This document shows positions 7,633-14,834 of a stretch of DNA of 24,000 bases, piece after piece. The translations under genes and the position numbers were made by a program. A model generated the notes under the pieces. That model was not told where the DNA came from. It saw only the letters and a program-made list of their open reading frames with translations, and did no database searches. How positions within the stretch are numbered: the first letter of the stretch is position 1; every line of letters begins with the position of its first letter. Source of the stretch: Tistrella mobilis (GTDB taxonomy: Bacteria > Pseudomonadota > Alphaproteobacteria > Tistrellales > Tistrellaceae); the NCBI RefSeq assembly GCF_041468085.1, contig NZ_CP121017.1, positions 2,459,676 to 2,483,675 of the forward strand, in the 5' to 3' direction.

Positions 7633-9546
7633 ATGCTGCACATCAACGATCTCGTCTATCGCATCGAAGGTCGGCCGCTGTTCGACGGCGCGACCATCGC
7701 CATCTCCGAAGGCCAGAAGGTTGGCCTTGTCGGGCCGAACGGCGCCGGCAAGTCGACGCTGTTGCGCCTCATCCGTGGCGAGATCTCCCCCGATGCCGGA
7801 TCGGTGGAGCTGCGACCCGGTGCGCGCATGGCCTCGGTCGCTCAGGAGGCGCCGGGCGGCGAGGAAAGCGCGGTCGAGCATGTGCTGGGTGCCGATGCGG
7901 AGCGGGCGCGCCTGCTTGCGCGGCTGGCCGAGGCAGAGGCCACCCATGACGGCATGGCCCAGGCAGAGATCCACGCCCGCCTGGCGGAGATCGGCGCCCA
8001 TGCCGCTCCGGCGCGTGCAGCACGTATTCTGTCCGGCCTCGGTTTCGACGAGGCCATGCAGAATGCCGCCTGTTCAAGCTTCTCGGGCGGCTGGCGGATG
8101 CGCATTGCGCTTGCCCGCACGCTCTTCGCCGATGCCGACATCCTGCTGCTCGACGAGCCGACCAATCACCTTGATCTGGAAGCCACGATCTGGCTTGAGA
8201 GCCATCTCGCCTCGTGGCCGGGCACGCTTGTGGTGGTCAGCCATGATCGCGATCTGCTGAATGCCGTGACCGATCGCATCGCCCATGTCGAGGGCGGGCG
8301 GCTGATGGCCTATCGCGGCAATTTCGACCAGTTCCTGCGCCAGCGCGCCGAACGGCGCGAGCACGCGGCAAAATCTGCCCAGCGCGTGGAAGCTGAGCGG
8401 AAAAAACTGCAGGCCTTCATCGACCGTTTCCGCGCCAAAGCGACCAAAGCTGCCCAGGCACAGAGCCGGGTGAAGGCGCTGGAACGCCTCGGCTCGGCCG
8501 ACGCGCCGCCACCTGCCTATGAAGTCGCCTTCTCTTTCCCCTCGCCCGAGACCCTGGCGCCACCGCTCATCGCCATCGACGATGTGACGCTCGGCTATGG
8601 CGATGCGCCACCGGTGCTGAAAGGCATCAATCTGCGCATCGATCAGGACGACCGGATCGCCCTGCTCGGCGCCAACGGTAACGGCAAGTCGACGCTGATG
8701 AAGCTGCTTGCCGGCCGGCTGGAGCCGCGGTCAGGCCGGATGGTGCGCCCGTCGAAGCTCAGGATCGGCTATTTCGCGCAGCATCAGGCCGACGAACTGA
8801 TCCCGGGCGAAACAGCCTTCCAGCATATGCGCCGGGTAATGGCAGACCAGCATGAAAGCAAGGTGCGCGCCCATCTGGGTCGCTTCGGCCTGACACAGGC
8901 GCGGGGTGATACGCCCGTGGAACAGCTGTCGGGCGGTGAGAAGGCCCGGCTGCTCTTCGCGCTCGTAACCCGTGACGCCCCGCATCTGCTGCTGCTGGAC
9001 GAGCCCACCAACCATCTCGACATCGAGGCGCGTGATGCGCTGATCGAGGCGGTGAACGAGTATTCCGGCGCCGTGGTCTTCATCGCCCATGACCGGCGCA
9101 TGGTGGAGCTTGCCGCAGAACGGCTGTGGCTGGTCGCCGATGGCCGCTGCCGGCCCTATGAGGGCGATCTCGACGATTACCGGCGCCTGCTGCTGGAAAC
9201 CGCCCGCGCTACCCCCGACCGGGGCGGCGTTGCCGGTGATGCCGATGCACGTACCACCCGTCGCGACCAGCGCCGGGCCGCCGCCGAACGGCGCGAAAAA
9301 TTAAAGCCTCTCAAGGATATGGTTCGAAAAGCTGAGGCGGAAGTTGAGAAACTGACCCGGGAGCGCGACCGCCTTGCCGCCATCCTGGCCGACCCCAAGC
9401 TCTATGACGGACCGCAGGCCAAGGTTGCCGAAGCGACCCGGGCAAAGGGCAAGGTCGATGCCGATCTCGAGGCGGCCGAAGAGCGCTGGCTTGCAGCCGC
9501 GGAGGCCTACGAGACGGCGGAAGCCGAGGCGTTGGCCGACGCCTGA
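7633..9546 (+). CDS. ABC-F family ATPase (translation-associated; YheS-like by length and sequence)
   Basis: 637 aa with no TM segments. Two ABC cassettes: Walker [10 protein letters not shown] and GANGNGKST, signatures FSGGWRMR and LSGGEKAR, Walker [12 protein letters not shown] twice. The inter-domain linker [25 protein letters not shown] and a K/E-rich C-terminal coiled coil are present. It resembles my memory of E. coli YheS. Confidence 0.9.
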   Translation: MLHINDLVYRIEGRPLFDGATIAISEGQKVGLVGPNGAGKSTLLRLIRGEISPDAGSVELRPGARMASVAQEAPGGEESAVEHVLGADAERARLLARLAEAEATHDGMAQAEIHARLAEIGAHAAPARAARILSGLGFDEAMQNAACSSFSGGWRMRIALARTLFADADILLLDEPTNHLDLEATIWLESHLASWPGTLVVVSHDRDLLNAVTDRIAHVEGGRLMAYRGNFDQFLRQRAERREHAAKSAQRVEAERKKLQAFIDRFRAKATKAAQAQSRVKALERLGSADAPPPAYEVAFSFPSPETLAPPLIAIDDVTLGYGDAPPVLKGINLRIDQDDRIALLGANGNGKSTLMKLLAGRLEPRSGRMVRPSKLRIGYFAQHQADELIPGETAFQHMRRVMADQHESKVRAHLGRFGLTQARGDTPVEQLSGGEKARLLFALVTRDAPHLLLLDEPTNHLDIEARDALIEAVNEYSGAVVFIAHDRRMVELAAERLWLVADGRCRPYEGDLDDYRRLLLETARATPDRGGVAGDADARTTRRDQRRAAAERREKLKPLKDMVRKAEAEVEKLTRERDRLAAILADPKLYDGPQAKVAEATRAKGKVDADLEAAEERWLAAAEAYETAEAEALADA

Positions 9547-9557
9547 GGACTTCGCGA

Positions 9558-9577
9558 CACCGCCAGGGCGGGCGGTG
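9558..9577 (+). terminator. Possible terminator hairpin after the ABC-F gene (no U-tract)
   Basis: CACCGCC-agggcg-GGCGGTG, a perfect 7-bp stem starting 12 nt after the stop codon. The following sequence is not T-rich, so termination is uncertain. Confidence 0.3.
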
Positions 9578-9884
9578 CCGGCTGCTCCCCTTATCCGATT
9601 GCGATCATCACGCGCCTGCCGGCTGATGCTGCGGGCGGCGTCTGATCCTGCATGCCCGTCATTCGGGTGACAGTTGGCTCTGACGATCATCGGCGTGAAG
9701 CCCGCGTCGCAGACTGCGACTGAGACGCACCCCCAGGCGCCGCAGAATGCATCGCGTTTTGCATCAAGGTGGCGTGACTGTTTCCTGCCCATTCTCGTCG
9801 GTCCCTGCTTGTCAGCAGCGGCCTTGGTTGAGTGCCAATAATCAACAGATATCGCGTACAGATTCCTGCTCGATGTTTTTGGTC

Positions 9885-9916
9885 TTGAATATTTCGGCAG
9901 CCGACTCTTAGATAAT
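9885..9916 (+). promoter_or_regulatory. Candidate sigma-70-type promoter of the usg-like gene
   Basis: TTGAAT (9885-9890), a 17-18 nt spacer, then TAGATAAT (9909-9916), in the most AT-rich part of the window. An excellent SD AAGGAG (9954-9959) lies 7 nt before the ATG at 9967. Motif match only. Confidence 0.4.
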
Positions 9917-9966
9917 ATCTGTGCTCCCCGCTCAATCTGCATGTATCTATCGCAAGGAGTGCAGTC

Positions 9967-10230
9967 ATGAACGAAATCGAGGCCATCCTACGCGACAATC
10001 GCATCACCACGGCAGAAATTCTTTACCATATGCCCGATCATCCAACGGTTTTGCAGAGCTTCATCTGGCAGTTTCTGGATATTGCCCCCCGCTTTCCGAA
10101 ATTGCGATCATTCCTGGATTTTTGGACCCGCGAGATTGACGGCCGTATTCACTCGGTGACCGTCGCAAATTCAGCACTCGCGGCACCTGCGCGCTGGCGG
10201 CATCTCGACGGGGTCTGGCGTCTGCAATAA
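9967..10230 (+). CDS. usg: Usg-like small protein (Usg family, function unknown)
   Basis: 87 aa. The TTAEILYHMPDHPTVLQSFIWQ..DIAPRFPKLRSFLDFW...I.G.IHSV pattern matches my memory of the Usg-like family, named for the gene upstream of trpFBA in Caulobacter. It has a strong SD, its own candidate promoter and a terminator. The gene is ~50% G+C by hand count. Confidence 0.7.
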   Translation: MNEIEAILRDNRITTAEILYHMPDHPTVLQSFIWQFLDIAPRFPKLRSFLDFWTREIDGRIHSVTVANSALAAPARWRHLDGVWRLQ

Positions 10231-10237
10231 GGGGCGG

Positions 10238-10290
10238 CCCGCGCCATAATCGCTACAGCCCGGGCGATCATGGCGCGGGATTTGCTTCTC
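10238..10290 (+). terminator. Rho-independent-type terminator after the usg-like gene
   Basis: A 10-bp perfect stem CCCGCGCCAT (10238-10247) / ATGGCGCGGG (10270-10279), plus an inner 5-bp helix ATCGC/GCGAT, followed by aTTTgcTTcTccT. The ATG at 10270, which opens the track's kinase ORF, lies inside the descending stem. Confidence 0.6.
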
Positions 10291-10437
10291 CTATCGGTCA
10301 TCACAACCGATCCCCACCACGGCGCATGCCGGCAGCCGCCTGCATGTGACCGCGGACGGAAAGCTGTCATGACCGAAGACCGGCCGGGCGCAGTGACGCG
10401 CCCCGCACCCGATCACCGAAGCGCCGGAAGACGATCG

Positions 10438-12501
10438 ATGATCACCGCGGATGCGGTGATTGCGTGGCTGAAGCCTGTCGCGATCATGCTCATGCTCGCA
10501 GCCCTTCTGCTTTTCGCGATCGGGCTGGTGCGCAGCAATGACATGGTTCGGGGCGTCATCACCGCAGCAGCGGGCGATCTCCCGCGGGCAGCGATCGCCC
10601 TTCGCGATCTCGAGCGCACGGTCCTGGCCGTGGTCGCAGAGCTTCCCTCTGCGGAACGTACCGTCCCCGACGAGCCCGACATAACACGCATTCGCCTGGA
10701 TCACCTGCGAGAGCTGACCGCCGCCATCGACGGCACCGGCATGGGTGCCATCGTCCGCTCCCTGCCGGAAGGGGGGCTGGTTCTGGACGCTTTGCGCACC
10801 GCGCTCCGCCGGATCGACGAGACGGCAGATACTGGCGAGGCCGTGCGTGAACTGCGACCGATTGCCGCCCGACTTGCCACCGTGCTCCCCAGGATCGAGG
10901 AACGGACGGCAGAAGCCCGCATGGCAGCACGTGTCGAACTCAGAACACTGCAGACCATGAGCATGCTCTCGGCGACCGGTGTCGTGGCATCCGTTGCCGG
11001 CCTCGCCCTGTTGTCGGTGATCATGCAGCTCCGGCTCAGAGCAAGCCGCGGCAGGTTGCGCGATGCTATCGAGGCGATGTCCGATGGATTTCTGCACATT
11101 GATCGCAATGGCCGGGTGACGGTGGCGAATGAACGCCTGCGCAGCCATCTCCCGCGCGCAATGGCGGCAATTCATCGCGGCCAGCCGGTGGGTTTGCTTG
11201 CGGCTGGCCTGGCGGCGAATGCGGCTGACCCGGAGACAATGCGCCGGCGGCTGCTACATGTTCTGAACGGCAACCCTGATCCCGGAAACACTCTGCTTCC
11301 GGTCCTTGACGTCAGGCTGGCTGACGAACGCTGGCTGCGCCTCAGGGTTCGGGTCGGCAGGGATGGCGGGCGCGCGGTAACCATCGCCGATGTCACCGAC
11401 CTCATCACCGCAGAACATGTGCGACATCGTCAGGCGCTGGTCTTCAAGCACCTCACCGATGGCGTGGTGCTGGCCGATGCCGACGGCAGGATCATCGATG
11501 TCAGCCCGGCAGCGGAGCAGCTTTACGGCGTGTCTGCGGCTGCCATAGAGGGGCAACCGATCGGCCTGCTGCTTCGACCATCCGACGCGCATCAGATGAC
11601 CAGGGCCCTGCTCGACGAACTGTCCGGCTGCGAAACTGCGGGGCGTGCATTCCCGATCGCCCACCCTGATCCCGACGGCAGCTTCAGCCCGACCGGCCGC
11701 GATGGTGAGGCGACCTTCGTTGCCCTCAGAGAGACATCGGCCGGTTTCAGCGGCGTGATCGCCCTGATCCGGGATGTCAGCGAGATCCACCGCGTCCACA
11801 AGTTGAAGGCGGCCTTCATCGCTGCGGCAGCCCATGAACTGCGCACGCCGACGACGGCGCTGGTCGGCGCGTTGCGTCTGGCGAACCATGGTCTGGGCGG
11901 CGACGTCCCCCCACGCCTGGCCGCCCTGCTCGACATGGCCTCGCGCAATGCCGATCGCCTGACCTCGGTCATCAACGGCCTGGTGGATGTGGAGCGTCTG
12001 GAAAGCGGGAGCTTCACCCTGGCGCGCCAGCCGGTGAAGCTGGTGGATCTGCTGGCGACCATCGCTGCTCGCGCAAACGATCTTCCCCATATCGGGCTGA
12101 CGGTCAGCGGCCCCGCGGATCAGGCGGGCTCGGAAGAGGCCACCATGGTGATGATGGATCCGGAACGCCTCGCCCAGGCGCTGCTCGGCGTCGTCGATCA
12201 GGTGGCCGGTCCGCAGCCGCGCGTCGGGAGCCGCACCGCCGTCAGGCTGGCCTGGGGTCTGAACGACCATCGCGTCCGGATGTCGGTGGAAGAACAATCC
12301 GACACGGCCGCCACCGCGACCGAGGCGATGCCCCGCCTGTCTCAGAGCCGGTCGGCACCGCCACGCCGACCGGGCGATATCGGTTTCGGCCTGGCGGTTA
12401 CCCGGGCGGTAGTCGAGCGCCATGGCGGTCTGATATGGTGGGAAACCACTGACGCGGGCAGCCGGTTCAGGATCGATCTGCCACTGTACCAGACAGGTTG
12501 A
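10438..12501 (+). CDS. Membrane-bound PAS-domain sensor histidine kinase (HisKA H-box intact; ATP-binding motifs apparently degenerate)
   Basis: Layout: TM1 (KPVAIMLMLAALLLFAIGLV), a ~170-aa helical extracytoplasmic region, TM2 (MLSATGVVASVAGLALLSVIM), two PAS-like modules (AIEAMSDGFLHIDRNGRVTVAN...; FKHLTDGVVLADADGRIIDVSPAAEQLYG...), the H-box AAAHELRTPTTAL, and a C-terminal HATPase-like region. I prefer the start at ATG 10438 because third-position G+C rises from ~65% to ~80% there and rare codons (aga, cga, cta) precede it. Alternatives are 10369 and 10270. Confidence 0.8.
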   Translation: MITADAVIAWLKPVAIMLMLAALLLFAIGLVRSNDMVRGVITAAAGDLPRAAIALRDLERTVLAVVAELPSAERTVPDEPDITRIRLDHLRELTAAIDGTGMGAIVRSLPEGGLVLDALRTALRRIDETADTGEAVRELRPIAARLATVLPRIEERTAEARMAARVELRTLQTMSMLSATGVVASVAGLALLSVIMQLRLRASRGRLRDAIEAMSDGFLHIDRNGRVTVANERLRSHLPRAMAAIHRGQPVGLLAAGLAANAADPETMRRRLLHVLNGNPDPGNTLLPVLDVRLADERWLRLRVRVGRDGGRAVTIADVTDLITAEHVRHRQALVFKHLTDGVVLADADGRIIDVSPAAEQLYGVSAAAIEGQPIGLLLRPSDAHQMTRALLDELSGCETAGRAFPIAHPDPDGSFSPTGRDGEATFVALRETSAGFSGVIALIRDVSEIHRVHKLKAAFIAAAAHELRTPTTALVGALRLANHGLGGDVPPRLAALLDMASRNADRLTSVINGLVDVERLESGSFTLARQPVKLVDLLATIAARANDLPHIGLTVSGPADQAGSEEATMVMMDPERLAQALLGVVDQVAGPQPRVGSRTAVRLAWGLNDHRVRMSVEEQSDTAATATEAMPRLSQSRSAPPRRPGDIGFGLAVTRAVVERHGGLIWWETTDAGSRFRIDLPLYQTG

Positions 12502-12511
12502 AGCCCGGCTT

Positions 12512-12994
12512 TCAGGCCGCCCGTTCCCAGCGGCCGTCCGGTCGCTGGCGCCAGTAGGTCAGGGCGAAACCGCGAGCCTTCCGCACCCGCCAGCGGTCGC
12601 GTGCGGCAGAGACCGCCAGATCGTCGCGCCCGTCAAACAGATCGAGCACCCGGACGAAGCCCGACGGATCGGGATGATCCATCCCGTCGACCAGCACGAG
12701 GACCTGTGGGTCATTGGGCATGTCGTCCCCTGCCGTCAGCCAGACGGGCTGACGCTCGGGCAGCGGATCCCCCTGGCTGCCATGCGGCAGGAAGCTGTCC
12801 GGATCGTAGGTCCAGAGCAGGCTGTCCAGTGCTTTCACCCGTTCAGCCGACCCGGCCCGCAGCACCGCCCGCCAGTCGTGGGCGAGAACCCGCTCCAGCA
12901 GGGCGGGGAGCGCCTGCTCAAGCGGAGTCACGGTCAGATGATAGAAGGCGATTTCCACCCCGGGGGGCTGCCCCCCGGCCGTATCGGCGGACAT
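12512..12994 (-). CDS. holC: DNA polymerase III chi subunit
   Basis: IAFYHL......LP.LLE...A..WR.V........ALD.LLWTY...FLPHG is the chi-subunit pattern. It has the classic position immediately downstream of pepA. I prefer ATG 12992-12994, preceded by GGAGAGG; the track start at 13015 is a GTG overlapping the pepA stop. Confidence 0.85.
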   Translation of the reverse strand: MSADTAGGQPPGVEIAFYHLTVTPLEQALPALLERVLAHDWRAVLRAGSAERVKALDSLLWTYDPDSFLPHGSQGDPLPERQPVWLTAGDDMPNDPQVLVLVDGMDHPDPSGFVRVLDLFDGRDDLAVSAARDRWRVRKARGFALTYWRQRPDGRWERAA

Positions 12995-13011
12995 GACCTC
13001 TCCGCCGCCGT

Positions 13012-14496
13012 TCACGCGCCGGCTTCGAAACGATCGGCGACCAGCCGGTCAAGCAGGCGCACGCCGTAGCCGGTCGCCCCCTTGGGGCCCAGATCGGTGT
13101 CACCCTTGCCCCAGACCACACCCGCCACATCGAGATGCGCCCAGGGGGTATCGCCCACGAAACGCTTCAGGAACTGGGCGGCGGTAATGCTGCCGCCATC
13201 CCGCCCCTTGCCGACATTCTTCATGTCGGCGATGTCGGAATTGATGTCCTTGTCGTAGGCATCCGACAGCGGCAGGCGCCACAGCCCCTCTCCGGTCGCG
13301 GCCGAGGCCGAGAGCAGTGCATTCGCCAGACCGTCGTCATTGGCGAACAGGCCGGCGTTGTAGGTCCCCAGCGCCACGATGATTGCGCCGGTCAAGGTCG
13401 CCAGATCGATGATGGCCGACGGCTTGAAGCGATCCCGGGTATAGGTCAGCGCATCGGCCAGGACCAGCCGGCCCTCCGCATCGGTGTTGATGACCTCGAT
13501 GGTCTGGCCGGAGAGCGAGGTGACCACATCGCCCGGCCGCTGCGCGGTTCCGGAGGGCATGTTCTCAACCAGACCTACCACGCCGACCACGTTCACCCGC
13601 GCCTTGCGCTGGGCGAGCGTGCGAAGCAGGCCGGCGACGATGCCGGCGCCGCCCATATCCCACTTCATCTCTTCCATGCCGCCTGCGGGCTTGATCGAAA
13701 TGCCGCCGCTGTCGAAGCACACGCCCTTGCCGACGAACGCCACCGGATCGCTATCGTTCTCGCAGCCGGTCCAGCGCATGATGACCAGATAGGGCTCGTT
13801 GACGCTGCCCTGCGCCACGCCCAGCAGGGCGTTCATGCCCAAAGCCGCCATGCGGTCGCGGTCCAGGACTTCGACATCGATGCCGAGCCGGGCAAGATCC
13901 TTCAGCCGCTCCATGAAATTGCGGGGCGTGAGAACGTTGGCCGGTTCCGAGATCAGTTCGCGGGTAAAATCGACACCGTCACCTGCCGCATGACGGGCCT
14001 CGAAGGCGACGGCCGCATCGGTACCGGCCCCGCTCATCACGGTGACGGCCGGGTCGACCGGGGCATCGTCGCCCTCCTTCTTGCTGCGATAGCGATCGAA
14101 CCGCCAGGCGCGCAGCCGCGCGCCGAGGGCGACCTCGGCCGCGAGCGCAGCCTGATCCCCGTCGAGCCCGGAAATGTCGACGGCAATCGCCGCAGCACCG
14201 GCTGCCGAGCGCACTGCCCGGCCGCCGAACTTCAGCGCCTTCAGGGCATCAAACTCTCCGGCCTTGCCGATGCCGAGCAGAACGACCCGATCGAGCCCCA
14301 CCCCGTGCGGCGCCAGAACGACGGCCTGCTGCTCGGCCTTGCCTTCGAAACGGGTGGCCGCCATGGCCCGGCCCAGCGCGCCGCCGGTCGCCTCGTCGAC
14401 CGCCTGTCCGGCGGGCGTCAGCGCCCGACCTTCGGACACGGGAAGAACGAGGGTGCCGCCGGCTGGAATCGACGACGTCGCGAAGCTGATGGTCAT
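13012..14496 (-). CDS. pepA: Leucyl aminopeptidase (M17 family)
   Basis: Carries the M17 signature NTDAEGRLVLADAL and the metal-site region VGKGVCFDSGGISIKP. The true start MTISFATSS... is at ATG 14494-14496, with GGAGAGG upstream. The track ORF (to 14727) is over-extended. Confidence 0.9.
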   Translation of the reverse strand: MTISFATSSIPAGGTLVLPVSEGRALTPAGQAVDEATGGALGRAMAATRFEGKAEQQAVVLAPHGVGLDRVVLLGIGKAGEFDALKALKFGGRAVRSAAGAAAIAVDISGLDGDQAALAAEVALGARLRAWRFDRYRSKKEGDDAPVDPAVTVMSGAGTDAAVAFEARHAAGDGVDFTRELISEPANVLTPRNFMERLKDLARLGIDVEVLDRDRMAALGMNALLGVAQGSVNEPYLVIMRWTGCENDSDPVAFVGKGVCFDSGGISIKPAGGMEEMKWDMGGAGIVAGLLRTLAQRKARVNVVGVVGLVENMPSGTAQRPGDVVTSLSGQTIEVINTDAEGRLVLADALTYTRDRFKPSAIIDLATLTGAIIVALGTYNAGLFANDDGLANALLSASAATGEGLWRLPLSDAYDKDINSDIADMKNVGKGRDGGSITAAQFLKRFVGDTPWAHLDVAGVVWGKGDTDLGPKGATGYGVRLLDRLVADRFEAGA

Positions 14497-14810
14497 GCCT
14501 GCCTCTCCGGGTTTCTGTGCATGGCTCGGACATGCCGGGCGGTGATCCTGGAACGGGCCACTCGCCGGCGCGTGTCTCCGGGCAATATAGGCGGTGTGCC
14601 CCTCCGGCAGAAGACCGGTGACGCATATCCGACACAGCCCTCCCCGAAGGCGGGCACTGGACCCTGGGCGTCGGCCAAGATAAGTTGCGGCCGGCGGGGG
14701 GTGTCCCTGCATCCCGTTGCAGGACACGCCGCAACCCGCCCGTTCCGCATGCCTCGCCGCGCCCGGTCCGTCGTCCGGGTATGAACGGTGAAGCCGATTC
14801 CCAGCCCAGG

Positions 14811-14834
14811 GGTTCCATGCCGGGTTCCATGCCG
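14811..14834 (+). repeat. Perfect 12-nt tandem duplication (GGTTCCATGCCG x2) spanning the lptF start
   Basis: Read directly: 14811-14822 is identical to 14823-14834. It is in-frame (GSMP-GSMP) and creates two identical ATG contexts at 14817 and 14829. Confidence 0.95.

Noticed and set aside
9291-9350. A local dip to ~45% G+C (hand count) with rare codons (tta, aaa, cga, gtt) inside the 3' part of the ABC-F gene.
   Set aside because: It encodes the Lys/Glu-rich coiled-coil tail ([22 protein letters not shown]), which forces A/G-rich codons. The frame is uninterrupted and homologous to the YheS C-terminal arm. There is no evidence for an embedded element.
9301-10010. Minus-strand ORFs 9301..9942 (213 aa) and 9687..10010 (107 aa), and plus-strand 9921..10139 (72 aa), in or around the AT-shifted gap.
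   Set aside because: They overlap the 3' end of the ABC-F gene or the usg-like gene and its promoter. They have no SD, no recognisable motifs, and compositions that look like random translation. I treat the gap as non-coding.
10270-10437. The track's upstream start (ATG 10270) for the histidine kinase, adding 56 residues.
   Set aside because: That ATG sits inside the descending stem of the usg terminator hairpin. The added codons include rare aga/cga/cta/aca and have lower third-position G+C. The first TM segment begins just after ATG 10438. ATG 10369 remains a possible alternative.
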